A stretch of DNA of 64,000 bases from the human T2T-CHM13v2.0 reference genome, Homo sapiens. Position 1 is the first letter of the stretch. Every line of letters begins with the position of its first letter. Both the position numbers and the translations under genes were made by a program. Location: the NCBI RefSeq assembly GCF_009914755.1, contig NC_060926.1; one strand, 5' to 3'. Shown in pieces: positions 34,620 through 51,261 of the stretch. The notes under the pieces are model-generated. The model searched no databases. It saw nothing but the letters and a program-made list of their open reading frames with translations, and was not told the DNA's origin.

Positions 34620-36835
34620 GTAATGGCAAGCTATGGATTAGGAGAAAATATTTATAATACATATATGTGATTAAAAAAAAACCTGGTACCCAGAATATAG
34701 AAAGAATCCCTATAAATCAGGGATAAAAGGATAAACAACATAGGGTCAAAAGACTTAAGATACCTCACAAAAGACATGAGATTATCCAATAAGTGCATGC
34801 AAAGATGTTTAACATCACTAGTTGTGAGGGAAATGCAAATTAAAATCACGAGAGATCACACCCATTGTAACAGCTGAAATTCGAAAGACTGACAATATCA
34901 AGTATTGGTTACAACACGAGTGTAATTCAAGTCAGTTATTCCTATGAATGATTGGAATGCTTATTCATCATGGGTAGAAGCGTAAAATGGTACAATCACT
35001 TTGTCAAGCTGTTCAGTAGCTTCTCATAAAGCATATACAATGTCTTTGAGAAGTTCATGAAAAATGCATATTATGAAAAAACTATGCATGGATTTCAAAA
35101 AAATTTTGCCGCCAAATAAACTCATACTAATTTGTTGTAACTTGTCTGAACAGGATCTAGTTTGAGGCATTTAGAAGGATAAGACATCAGTTTGGAAATA
35201 GTCCCTATTAGAGCAACATCAATTCTGTTAAAATTGAAGCAAGAACAAACATCAAATTGATGATGAGTCTTAGGTGGCAGAATGGTGAAATCACTGATGT
35301 TTCATGAAAAATTTATGGGGGCAGTATCCTCAAATAAATCAGTTTACAAATATATAACTAATATAAGAAGGGACAAGATGATGTTGAATATAAAGCCTGG
35401 AACAGCAGACAATCCACATAAATTTGTGAGGGAAAAATTCATCTTGTTTGTGTCCTGATTGCAGAGGATTGATGATTAATAGTACAAACAATAGCCAAGA
35501 CCATTGACATCTCAATTGGCCCAATGTGCACAATTCTGACTGAAATTAAAGTTGAGCAAACTTTCCACTAGATGAGTGCCAAAACCGTTGTTCCCAGATC
35601 AGCTGCAGACAAGAGCAAAATGTTCAATGGGAATATAAAACAAGCGGGATCAAGGCCGTGAAGCATTTTTTTCAAAGAATTGTAACAGGAGATGAAACGT
35701 GGCTCTACCAGTACAATCCTGAAAACAAAGCACAATCAAAGCAATGGCTGCTAAGGATGGAAGTGGTCTAGTCAAAGCAAAAGCAGACAGGTCAAGAGCA
35801 AAGGATATGGCAAGAGTTTTTTGGGCAGCTCAAAGACTTTACTTAGTGACTTCCTGGAGAGCCAAAGAATGACAACATCTGCTTATTGTAATAGTATTTT
35901 GAGAAAGCCAAAGCTTTAGCAGAAAAACACCTGGAAAATCTCCACTACAGAGTCCTTCTCCACTACACCAATGCTCCTGCTCCTTCCTCTTATAAAACTA
36001 GGGCAATTTTGTGACAGTTTCAATGGGATATCATTAGGCATCCACTTTAGAGTCCTGATTTGGTTCTTCTGAACTTTTTCTTTCCTAATCGAAAAATCTT
36101 TAAAGGGCATCCATTTTTCCTCAGTTAATAATGTCAAAAAGACTGCATTGACATGGTTAAATTCCCAAGACCTTCAGTTCTTTAGGAATGGACTAAATTG
36201 CTGGTATCATCACTCTCAAAATTGTCTTGAATTTGATGGAGTTTATATTGAGAGATAAAGTTTGTTATTTTAAAAATCTTTTAATTACCATTTTTCTGTG
36301 GACTTTTTGAAGTCCTTTTGTATTTAAAATGTAACTCAATCCCAACCCAAGAAAAATGAAAACATATGTCTATAAAATAACTTGTACTTGAATGTTTATA
36401 GCTGCTTTATTTATTACAGGCAAAAACTGGAAACAACTCAGATGTTTATCAGTTGATGAAAGAATTAACAATTTGTGGTGTGCTGCTACTCAGCATTAAA
36501 AATGAATGAACTACTTATACAACAACGTGAATAAATATCAAACACATTATGCTATGAAAAAAAAAAGCCAGATACTGAAGAGTTTATTCTGTATGGTTTT
36601 TATTTATGTGACATCCAAAGTAAACAAATCTTATCTATGTGATAGAAAACAAATCAATGGTTGTCTGAGGGGATGGGTGGGATTAACCAGAAAGAGGCAT
36701 ATAAAATGTTCCTATGGATTGTGATGTTCTGTTTCTTGTTGTTGGTGATATATACATGGGTTGTGAATTTGTCAAAATCCTTCAGCCTATACAATTAAAT
36801 CTGTGCATTTATAAATTATACATCAATAAGAAAGA
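34620..36835 (+). mobile_element. Old L1M 3' region split by HSMAR2
   Basis: gaaatgcaaattaaaatcac; aaactggaaacaactcagatgtttatca. Confidence 0.75.
35038..36320 (+). mobile_element. HSMAR2 mariner transposon, full length, inactive
   Basis: TA-flanked degenerate inverted termini; transposase motifs RIVTGDETWLYQYNPE and a decayed YSPDL motif (tag agt cct gat ttg); start codon mutated. Confidence 0.9.
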
Positions 36836-37459
36836 GTGTTTAGGGAAAATAAATAAAATCTCATACCAGAGATTTTCAGTGGTTGGGTACAAAGAATGGA
36901 TATAAGAAGGTACTTGGCTGTCAAGTTCACTGCCAGCTGCTTCTGCCTGAATAATTGGAAGTGTCTGTGCCTGAAAGAAGGCGTGAAGTATATTTATATA
37001 CTTCATATAAATATAAAATATAATTATATAACTTTATATATAGTGTAATGTTAATCAAGGATGCCCTCCTCAGAGGAGTATGATCTACTTTTTACTCATG
37101 TAGTCTTCTTGCCAGGTTAAGAAGCTTTCCATTCTCCAAGGTTTGTGCAAATAAAGTCTTTCGACAGGGTAAAACCATTCCATGTGGATTTTCAAGTTGT
37201 ATTTTTATCAGTCTAACCTCAGAACATGACATTGTGTTGTCTTGTCTTAACCTAGCCAGTACTCAGGAGCAAACCAAAAGGTTCCAGCTTGCTAAAGACT
37301 GGACAGTTTGAGCATTGCTGAGGATGATGACTATAGTAGACTGAAGCTGTCAATAATGTTTAAATGCGTGAGTGTATAATATTAAAATAGCAAGGACAAC
37401 AAAAATAATTAAATTAGTCACCACTGGAGGATGCTGGGGGAACTAAGCCATTCTTTTGA

Positions 37460-38480
<1,021 letters not shown>

Positions 38481-38789
38481 TAAAACAGTAGAAGATGAGG
38501 AGCTTACATTTATTGAAGGATTCCAGCCATTACATGAAGAAACAGTGGATTTTGAATATCACAATTTTAGATCTAGGCATTGAGCATGATAAGCCAATAG
38601 TATCACAGAAGGAAAGACAGCCAAACATTATGTGCATCTTGATGGAGGCACACGCTATCATCTATCAAGTATTCTTGGCAAAAATATCTAGCCTGAATCT
38701 GATCAAGCGTATAGATCTAACTACCAATACAGATGACAGAGGCACTTATCAAATGACACCCATGGGATGCAATCAGCAAAATCTAGATT

Positions 38790-39516
<727 letters not shown>

Positions 39517-39519
39517 TGA

Positions 39520-40015
39520 TCTATATAACTATAAAACAAACAATTTGTTTTTTTAACAAATGAATTGTAAGAAAAAAAGACATAATTGGAAATCTATGCA
39601 TTAAGAGATGTTAAAGACATATGAACCAATTGCAATATATAGACTATTTGAATCCCAATTCAAACAAGCTATAGGAAAAAAGTTACAATAACATGTATGA
39701 CATAATTGGAATTCTGGGTATTTACTAGTTATTTTTAATTGATTCTTAGGTGTGATACTGTATTTATATATGTGAAAGGAGCCCTTATATCTTCTTGAGA
39801 TAGGTACTGAAAGATTTACAGATGAAATATGATATCTGGGCTATGCTTCAAAATAGTGTGGGAGGAGCAAATGGATGGGGATGTAAACTTGGCCATGAGT
39901 TGAGACACATTCCTCCTGTTTAAGCTGGTGAGTAGTACAGAGGGATTCATTAAAGTCATTGATCTACTCTTGCCTATATTGGAAGCTTCCGTAATTAAAA
40001 ATTTTAAAAAAAGGA
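39520..40015 (+). mobile_element. Old L1MC-like 3' UTR (also 38460-38785)
   Basis: tttacagatgaaatatgatatctgggctatgcttcaaaata. Confidence 0.65.
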
Positions 40016-40420
40016 AAGGGACAAATTGTAATAACAATATTACCCTGTTGGAGTATGAATGTTATGAATGCTTGTTAGTTTTCAACATTGATAGAAAAAA
40101 AAGCATCAATATCATTGTAAAAATGTAAGTGTAACATCAGATAAATAAAAATAAGATATATAATTTTCTAATAATTAGGAGAGGAAAAGATTTAAGATCT
40201 TCGAAATTCATTAAAAGGAAGAAGGGAAATACAGAAACAACACAATGGGAAAGTTTTCTTGTGCTTAGTTAATCCAAGTGATTCCCTTTGTTTAAAGGAA
40301 ACCCTATGTGTTTATAAATGCATAGAAGAAAAAAATAGAAGCTCAGATGCTTAACTCCGAGGAGGTTATTGGGATTTCTGTGGGAATAAAGGCAGACTCT
40401 CATCTTATTTTACCTACTTG

Positions 40421-40962
40421 TATGATGGATAACTTTAGGTGTCAACTTGATTGAATTAAGGAATATCTAGATAGCTGGTAAAGCATTATTTTGGGGTGTG
40501 TATGTGACGGTGTTTCCGGAGGAGATTGGTGCATTAGTTGGTGGACTGTGTGGGGAAGATCCCTCTTAATGTGGGTTGCACAATCCAATTGACTAGGGTC
40601 ATGGATACACCAAAAAGCCAAAAGAAAGGCAAATTTACTCTCTTCCTCCTGGAACTGGGGCACCCTCTTCTCTTGGTCTCAGACATCAGAACTCCAGGTA
40701 CTCCAGACTTTGGACTTTGGAACTTGAATCAGCAGTCCTCCCCCTTCAGGTCATTAAACCTTTGGCCTCAGACTAAGAGTTACACCCCCAGCTTCCCTGG
40801 TTCTGAGTCCTTTGGACTTGGACTGAGCCACGCTACTGGCATCCCTGGGTTTCCAGCTTGCAGACAGCCTGTTGCAGGATTTCTCAGCCACCATAATCAT
40901 ATAAGCCAATTACCCTAATAAATGCCTCTTCATCTAAGTATGTATGTATGTATGTATGTATG

Positions 40963-41018
<56 letters not shown>

Positions 41019-41093
41019 AATCCTATCAATCCTCTATTCATCCATCCATCCATTCTATTGTTTCTGTCTCTCTGGAGAACTCTGACTAATACA
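40421..41093 (+). mobile_element. MLT2 (ERVL) solo LTR
   Basis: gtgtcaacttgattg...ctgactaataca; TSD acttg/acttg. Confidence 0.92.
40938..41018. repeat. (TATG)n(TATC)n tetranucleotide STR
   Basis: Seen directly. Confidence 0.97.
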
Positions 41094-41390
41094 ACTTGAT
41101 ATCACTTAAATTTTTAATATAAAGCTTTGAAACTTTATTAAAATACCACAAAAAGAGATTATAAATTTTAGTTATACATAGGGACTGGTTGGCCCTGAAT
41201 TTCAAACTCAATTTTCTGGAGTAGGGCCCATGTACCACTTTTTACCTCTACTCCGGTGATTCTATGGAAGTAAACCAGCAATCACACTACAAGAAACCAA
41301 GTTGAGGGGTCACAGAACTTGGCAAGGCTGAGAAGAAGGGTTAGTGGAAATGAGGGAGCAGCAAAAGTGACTGGGTGGCTATTGTGATAG

Positions 41391-41696
<306 letters not shown>

Positions 41697-42065
41697 TGAG
41701 ATTAACATTTAAATGGGTAGACTGAGTAAAACAGATTGCCCTCCTTAATGTGGATGGGCCTCATCCAATCAGTTAGTGGCCTGAATAGAACAAAAAGACT
41801 GACCCTTCCCTTTGTGAGAGGGAATTTTTCCTCTTCAGATTCAAACTGAAACATTGGCTCTTCTTGAATTTTGAGCCTTGCTGGCCTTCAGGAACTACAC
41901 CATCAGCTCTCCTCGTTCTCAGGTCTTTGAACTCAGGCTGGACCTACATCATCAGCCCTTCTGGGTCTCTAGCTTGTTGACTCACCCTGCAGATCTTGGG
42001 ACTTTCTAGCCTCTATAGTTATGTGAGCTAATTCTTTTTTTTAATCCTGCGGGAGAGGAGGAAGT

Positions 42066-42609
42066 TGCACCATTCCTGGAGGTACTGCAATACCAGGTTA
42101 CTGCATGGAGTAGATGGAACAAGCTCCTATTGTATCTCCCTTCTCCAAAAATTTATTTTATATATTATGCCCAAATAGAGGACACATCAGATATTAAACT
42201 GATAAGAATAGTGATATGATTTGGCTGTGTCTGCACCCAAATCTCATCTTGAATTGTAGCTCCCATAATTCCCATGTGTTGTGAGAGGGACCCAGTGGGA
42301 GGTAACTGAATCATGGGGGTGGGTCTTTCCCATGCTGTTCTTGTGATAGTGAGTAAGTCTCATGAGATTTTATGGTTTTATAAAAGGGAGTTCCTACACA
42401 AGCTCCCTTGCCTGCCACCATGTAAAACGTGACTTTGCTCCTCCTTTGTCTTCCATCATGATTGTGAGGCCTCCCCAGCCATGTGGAACTGTGAGTCAAT
42501 TAAACTTCTTTCCTTTATAAATTACCCACTTCTCAAGTATGTCTTTATTAGCAGCATAAGAACAGATCAATACAATAGATACTACACTTAATCCTAGGCA
42601 AAAGGCCAA
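42066..42609 (-). pseudogene. U2 snRNA retropseudogene in two pieces (42066-42211, 42575-42609)
   Basis: Minus strand reads ggccttttg...aagtgtagtatct[LTR]ttcttatcagtttaatatctgat...attgcagtacctccaggaatggtgca; polyA and approximate TSD. Confidence 0.93.
42212..42574 (+). mobile_element. THE1 (MaLR) solo LTR inside U2
   Basis: tgatatgatttggctgtgtc...aataca; TSD aatag/(a)atag. Confidence 0.92.
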
Positions 42610-42690
42610 GTGAGGCTAAGACTTTATAATAAATCACCCCCTACCCTGATTCTGATGGGTTCTATTTTTCTGGAGAACCCTGACTAACAG

Positions 42691-44041
42691 ATTTTGGTAC
42701 CAAGGAATGAGACGCTGCTGTAACAAGTACCTAAACATGTGGATTGGCTTTGGAACTGGGTGATGGGTGATGAGCAGATGTTGGAAGAGATTTGAGGTGC
42801 CTGCTAGAAAAAGCCTAGATTGCCTTGAAAGAACTATTGGTAGAGATATGAATGGTAATGGTGATTCTAGTGCGTTCTCAGAGGCAACGAAGGAACACAC
42901 TATTGGAAACTGGATGAAAGGCCATCTTTGTTATAAAGTGGCAAAGTATCTTGGCTGAATTGTGTTGTAGTTTTTGTGGAAGGTACCACTTGTGAGTGAC
43001 AACATTGAATATTTAGCTGAGGAGGTTTATAAATAAAGGGTTGAAGGTGCATTCTGGATTCTCCTTACTATTTATAATAACAGATAAGAGGAGAGAAATT
43101 AATTAAATAAATTGTTAAGTAAAAAGCAACTAGAACTTGAAGATTTGGAAAATTCTCAGCCTATCCATACTGCAAAAAAAATGAGAAAGCATGTTCTGGA
43201 GCAAACACCAAGGGTGTGGCTTGACAATCACTCCATCAGGAGATTACCCATGGAGTCAATCAGCCATCTCAGCAGAAACCAGGAATAGAGATGGGCATAT
43301 ACAAGAAGAGACACTGCCAGTTTGGACCAAGGAGAATGGAGCTGGGACAAAAACAAAGGAAGGCTTTCAGACTTCTGGGATTCTACAATATGGCACAATA
43401 GAACTATTTGTCTTTATCCTTCAAGAAAAGAGCAGAATGACCCTGAAGTTGATTCAGAGATCATCAGGTCTGCCACTCCCACCACAGGCTGAGGAGGCAA
43501 GGCTGTTTCCTCCTTGGTTTCACAGAGTGGGGCCCCTTCTTGGTTTTTGTAGGCCAGGCTGCATGCACCCAGGGCCTCAAGGGCAGGACCTTTGTAAAGA
43601 GTTGAGGGGGCAACATGGCAGTGATGCTGCTGCCTCAGTGGGTCAGAAGGCAGAGTTTCCAATCAAAGGGGATTATTCTTGAGCTTTATAATCATGGAAT
43701 TTGACTTGCTAGGCTTTGGACTTTCTTGGGAACCTGTCACTCCTTTCTCCTTTCCACCTTCTCCCTTTTGGAAGGGGGTGTCTATTCTGTGCTTGTCCCG
43801 CCACTGTATTTTGGAAACACATAACTTGTCTAGTTTCTCAGGTTCAAAACTGGAGAGGAACTTTGCCTCAGGATGAATCATACCCCAAGTCTCACCCATA
43901 CCGGATTTAGGTAATATTTAGATGAGATATTGGACTTTAGAGCTGATGCTGGAATGGGTTAAGACTTCTGGGGCTGTTGAGGTGGGGGTGAACGTATTTT
44001 GCATGTGAGGAGGACATGGATTGGGGGCGCCAGAGAGTGGA
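42691..44041 (+). mobile_element. MaLR internal sequence (MLT1A/MST-int)
   Basis: Starts attttggtacc...ggctttggaactggg; ends with a purine tract before the LTR. Confidence 0.8.
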
Positions 44042-44436
44042 TGTTATGGACTGAATTGGGTCTTCCTCAAAGTCCTATGTTGAAGCCCTAATCGCCAATG
44101 TGACTATTTTTGGAGCTAGGATATTTAAGGAAGCAATTAAGGCTAAATGAGGTCATGAGCATGGAGCCCTACTCCGGTAGGTCTGGTCTCCTTATTGGAA
44201 GAAGAGAAGTCAGGGATCTCTCTTTCCTCCATGTGCACATAGATGAAAGGCCACATGAGGACACAGAGAGAAGGTGGCTGACTACAAGCCAGGAAGGGCA
44301 GGTTCACCAGGAAACAAATTTGCGGGCACCTTGATGATAGACTTCCAGCCTCCAGAACTATAAGAAAATTAATTTCTGTTGTTAAATTCACTCATTCTGT
44401 GGTATTTTGTTATAGCAGCCCTAGCTGACTAATACA
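44042..44436 (+). mobile_element. MLT1A-type LTR
   Basis: tgttatggactgaat...gactaataca. Confidence 0.85.
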
Positions 44437-44889
44437 GTTTTTAAGGTTTTTGTTTTGTTTTCCTTTAAATAAAAAGTCTGAGGTCAAAATATTTTCATAA
44501 GTAATTGAGTTTGGGCCCTCCTCTGTACTTGCTCTGGCATCAAAATTTGGAGTGTTTCTTTTTCTTTTTTTTTAGCTTTACTGAGATGTAATAAACAATA
44601 AACTACATAAATTTAAGGTATATAATTTGATACATTTTGATATATGTATATACTCATGAAACCATCACTATAGCTTGGCTGACTTATAAACAAATCAAAG
44701 TACAGTACCTGGCCCTTTAAACACACATACGCACACACACATTCACCTGTAGTGCACACACACTCCAATGCTATATGGCTATACACATAGTAGGAAGGAC
44801 TAAGCTGGTCAGAATTTACATTCAGAGAAATAGCATGTAGGACACACAGTACTCAAAGGTTTGCTAGCTTGTCTGTTTTATTATAATAA

Positions 44890-45715
<826 letters not shown>

Positions 45716-46179
45716 GTGTTTTATACCACATAAAATTACCCAGAATATATTTCCAGAAGAGATTCTTACACATATTTATTAGCAGTGTGTAGTGCCTTTT
45801 TTTTTAATAAGACAAAAGTAAATTTAAATATTTCATTAAGTTTGACGGAGGTGCAAACACTCTGTGGCTTCACAGAGCTGAGGGAAAAGACAGAACAGCA
45901 GCAGCCCAGGGCTCAGGGCAGGAGCTCAAACTGATCTGAGCTGTTTCCCGTAAGTGTATGTTCTCTTCCCTGATAAGATCATAAAACCCTGCAAGGTGGG
46001 GATCGTGCCTTCGGATTGGTTTGTCTGCACCTCAGCATTAATCCTAAGCTGCTCAGCATCCTACATATAGTAGGTGACGGAAGTATGCCTGCTAAGTAGC
46101 TGAGCAGGTGCTTAACTACTGGTCTGGGATGAGAGAGCCCTGTCTCCTATCCTGGCTTCCTCCTGGAGATTCCTCTCTG

Positions 46180-47035
46180 TGCTGTCCAGCACATCTCCAC
46201 CAGCAGGGGCTCTCAGGGGGAGGGTGAGAAAGAACCCACAACAGGATGGAGGTTTTGACTGGGTAATTCAAGGGAGGGTCAAGGATATGGGGCTTTGCTG
46301 TGGCTTGAATGTTACCAGGAAGTGGAGGAATTATATGATGGGGAATCTCAATAAATCTTATCTATAGAAAGGACAGACTGAAGTGAAGCTAAAGATGTAA
46401 TTGGTAAAGAAACAGAAGTCACTCATAGCTGAGAGAAAGAGAGGATTTGTGGGTTGCACAGTGATATTGTTTGGGTGTTTGTCCCCTCCAGATCTCCAAA
46501 TCTCATGTTGAAATGTTGGAGGTGGGGCTGGTGGGAGGTGTTTGGGTCATGGGAGTGGATCCCTCATGAATGTCTTGGTGCTGGCCTCCCAGTAATGAGT
46601 GGTTCTCACTCTCAGTACATGTGAGATCTGGTTGTTTAAAAATGTGTGGCATCTCCTTTTGCTCGCACTCTCCTAGCGATGCACTGGCACCCTCTTCACC
46701 TTTTACCATGATTGTAAGCTCCCTGAGGCCCTCGCCAGAAGCGGATGCCAGCAGCACACTTCCTGTACAGCCTGTGGAACTGTGAGCCAAAATAAAGCCT
46801 CTTTTCTTGATAAATTACCCAGTCTCAGGTATTCCTTTATAGCAATGCAAGAACGGCCTAACACACAGTGACCTTGCTTTTGTCCCACTGTAACATGGCA
46901 TCAGAATGACCTTGTCTGATGTTGGTGTTCTGTGAGGTCCTTTATGTCCAACAGGAGAACAGTGTGGTCCAGTTGTGAGTGTCAAAGGAGCTTCTAACAA
47001 CCCAGGGGCCAGCTGTGAGCATCAGACCAGTGGGT
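46180..47035. mobile_element. ERVL-class LTR (MER77/MER68-like) hosting an MST LTR
   Basis: tgaccttgtctgatgttggtgttctgtga; family name from recall. Confidence 0.45.
46462..46863 (+). mobile_element. MST solo LTR
   Basis: TSD cacag/cacag; TG...CA. Confidence 0.9.
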
Positions 47036-49411
47036 GGGTGCTGGGCTGCTTTTGTTTCTTGGTCTCTTGGGTGCTCTTTTTCTTTTCCAAGAGCTTTACA
47101 TGATTTATCTCCATGAGTCCTTACAACTGCCTTATAACATAGGCATTTGTCTTAGTGTGGGCTTTCTAGAATGCAGAACCTGAGACAAGGATGTGACTAG
47201 AGCTTGTCTATGGGAAAGTGACCCCAGGAAGCAGGAGGGAGGAAGCAGAGAGTGAGATAGAGAAGGAGGGGAATCACTCCAGATCCTGCTGTGAAGGTTG
47301 CTGCTGTAGGCAAGAGACGCTGGCCTCCTGGGACTCTAAGGAGCACTCAGAGAGCCCACAGAGTCTGTGGCAAAGAAGAACTCACAACTTCCTTCACCCA
47401 TGTCGGGTTGCCAAGAAAGCTCCCATGGCCTCTTTTGCTGGCAGCTTAGAGACTGGTTCCCATTGTTTTTCACCCCACACACACCTGCTGATCATCTGTG
47501 GTATCAAACAACACTGGCTACTTGGCCTTGGGCTAATGGTTTTTATCCCTCTGGAATTTATTTACCTTTCTATTTTAGGTCCCAAATGCCCAGATGTCAT
47601 AGGCCATGTCTGTGCCTGTCATGAGTGTCACGGGGAAAGAATCTCACTGAATGACCCTGCAACTGAGTCAAGTTTCCTGGGTTGGGTCAAAAAATGAGTG
47701 GACAGAGATCGACACCAGGAGAGCTATTTTCCATGCAATGGAGCTGACTACGTATCAATTTTTACACTTGGATGTATCTTGTTATGTTTTTCAAGGTGTG
47801 TCTATTTCATTAGTAGCTTAAGGTAAATGACTGCATATTTGTTCTTTCCTCTCTATCCCCCACAATATGACTGATAGTGAGACATGGGTACGTGTGGGTG
47901 AGAAGAGAGGTGGCAGCCCTCTGTATCATGGTCATTGGCCAAGAAGTTGAACAGGGATGGATTATGTCATGCACTGGGCTTGGACTTGGGCAGCTAGCTG
48001 ATAAGGGGGAAAACTGATGGGCTGAGCAAAGAGGGTTGCTGAAGGAAAGCCCACAAACTTAGAGGATGATGTGTAAAGCTCTGCAAGCCCAAGGGGCTGA
48101 GCTCAGAATCTGAGATCAAGAAGGAGATAATAGAAAAACATGAAGGGTTCCAGCTGGCAGCTGGACTCAGAATCCAGGAGCACCCCAAAGACAGTCAACC
48201 ATGAGCAGCATAAAGGAATGGGGGCCTGTGCATAGGCCCAGGGCAGAGGACCCCTCATTCATGCTCCCTCCTTTGCAGGGGTAGGGACAGGCTGTCAGGC
48301 ATGCGCCTGTAACCAGAGGCAGAATTCTGGGCACGTTCTTGACTGTCACAGAGGAGGCAGGGCTGGGCGTGAGGCTCTACAGGCCTTTGATCTTCTTGGC
48401 TTCTCCCTTTCTTGGTCACCTTAGTCGGGCTGTCACTTCAGAGAGACCTCACCAGGGTAGAAGCTCGTCTTAGGTAGTTCACTGCTGGATGGTGAATGGA
48501 ATTCACAAGAAGGCAGCTGGTAAGGACATGTAGCTGGTAGAAGCAGAGTGTAGGGGTCAGGGGATGGAGAGATCTAGATGCTGGTGCCCCGTTGTGCTCC
48601 AGAAACCATTTTTGCTGATCTTCCAAGGCTCAGCTGCCCAATGTCCATTAGAGCTCAGAGCCAAAGAGCCTTGGCAGTTTCAGCAGTAGTAATGGTATTG
48701 AAGAGATGGAGTCAATGCAAAAAAGTAAATTGCTGGCACGCTTACTAACATTCCCGTTAAAGAATCTGGAAAAGCACAAGAGCTGCTGAAGCAGTTGAAT
48801 ACTTTGTAATAGATTTTAAAGAAAAGGGAATCAGAGATTGAAGACTGGTGGAGCTGCCCCAGGCAAATGTGCAGCTTTTGTCTTCAGTTTAGCCCTTCTT
48901 GCTGAGGCCCCATTCCTTGTGCAGATCTCTCCCATCCACTAGTCTCAGCGATGTTAGCAAAGGTGGATTGAGCACCTACTGTGTATGAGGCATGCATGCA
49001 GGCAGTGAAGATGCAAAGAAAGAAGTGAGAACATCCCAGCCCAGGCAGATGGGCGTCACAGGCAAGGTGTCAATATCCCTTTTACAATGGAGCCTGGACT
49101 AGGGATGGGTGAGGGACTGGGACACTGAAGCTGTCTCTCTACTATCCTTGTTGTGACAGATGGAAGAGTGTTAGTTCTTTAATTTCAGTGCCGCTTTTGA
49201 TTGACAGCTCCCATCATGTGACTGCCTTTTCTGGTCACGGCAGCACATTGGGCATGGTTCTTCATGACGGTCCAAGACATTGTTAGGAGCGTCGATTCAG
49301 GAATACTGGGCAACTTGCTAGTCCTCTCCAGCCCGCAGTTTCTTTATCTGTGAAATGAGGCAGTTGAACTTTTGTGTGGACATTTATCAAAGACCTTCTA
49401 AAAACTAAGTA

Positions 49412-49820
49412 GAGCAGTGCTCCCCATATGCTAGTGTGCACTTGATCACCTGTGCATCTTGTTAAAATGCAGATTCTGGTTCAGTAGGTCTGGGTGGGGC
49501 CTGAGAGTCTGCATTTTGCACAAGCTCCCAGGTGCTGCTGGTGCTGCTGGCCCATGGACCACATTCTGGGTAGCAAGAAAGAAGATCACATCACATGGTG
49601 TAAAGAGAAGATCTAAGGTTTTCTGTCACATAGCCCTGGGTTTGAAGTCCAGTGCTGATATTGTGCAGGCTTGGGCAGGTTTCTTAGCTTCTTTGGGCCT
49701 CAGTTTCCTCATTTGTAAAATGGGGGCAATACGACCCTACTTGCATGGTGGGGATAAGGGATAAATTAGAGAATGCTTATGAAATGGGTTGTATAATGTT
49801 CATATGTAGCAACTACTCAA
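49412..49820. mobile_element. MER5A followed by MIR
   Basis: ggtctgggtggggcctgagagtctgcattt; gcctcagtttcctcatttgtaaaatggg. Confidence 0.75.
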
Positions 49821-50204
49821 TAATTGACAAGCTCTGCCTGTACCTACTTTCCAGAAAGCCCTCGGTGCCTAACCCCCACCACCACCAAACAAAGACCACC
49901 TACTTTCTCAGGACTCTCAGGGGAAAATTGCTGGGGCTGGGTGCATAGGGGGTTGGCATTACATCACTGGGGCTGCTGCAGAGAGGCAGGATCTGCCTGA
50001 TGCTCCTTTAGATTAAATGTCCCCATTGTGTCCAGGGTCTACCTTCTCGAGTGTAAAATGACGCACATTGCCATGGTGCTCATGCAAGTGACCCTCACTG
50101 TCTATAACCCGTGAACCCTCAGGAGGCCTCTCACACACAGGCGCGGGAACAACAACTACTTCTGTGCCCACACTCTGACCACTGCTTTCCAGTGTGATTC
50201 CTGA

Positions 50205-50981
<777 letters not shown>

Positions 50982-51261
50982 TAACCTCAGGAGATCCCAC
51001 TGGTTGATCTCTTTTCTTTGACATTTAGAATTCAAAGACTGCTTACTGGTCTTGCAGTTTTTTGCAAAGTGTTCCTCAAGCATGTTCCTCAAGCAGGTTC
51101 CTGGCAATGAATTCCTATTTTGTTCCTGCCCCTCAAAACCAAGATACCCACAGTTCCTGTGGGCTCTGCTTTCAAAATTCATCAGGCATCGGACAGTGGC
51201 GTGATGCCTCCCTGAAACCTTATTCTCTGCTGTGGGCACCTGCACTGGTTTCCCTGAGCCT

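Larger units (their letters stand above)
41697..42690 (+). mobile_element. MLT2-type LTR interrupted by a U2 retrocopy
   Basis: gggcctcatccaatcagtt...tctggagaaccctgactaaca. Confidence 0.8.

Noticed and set aside
43191-43682. 163-aa ORF in MaLR internal region
   Set aside because: No recognisable intact gag/pol motifs; chance open frame in a decayed element
51069-51102. gttcctcaagca tandem repeat
   Set aside because: Two and a half 13-bp units; slippage product, not an array
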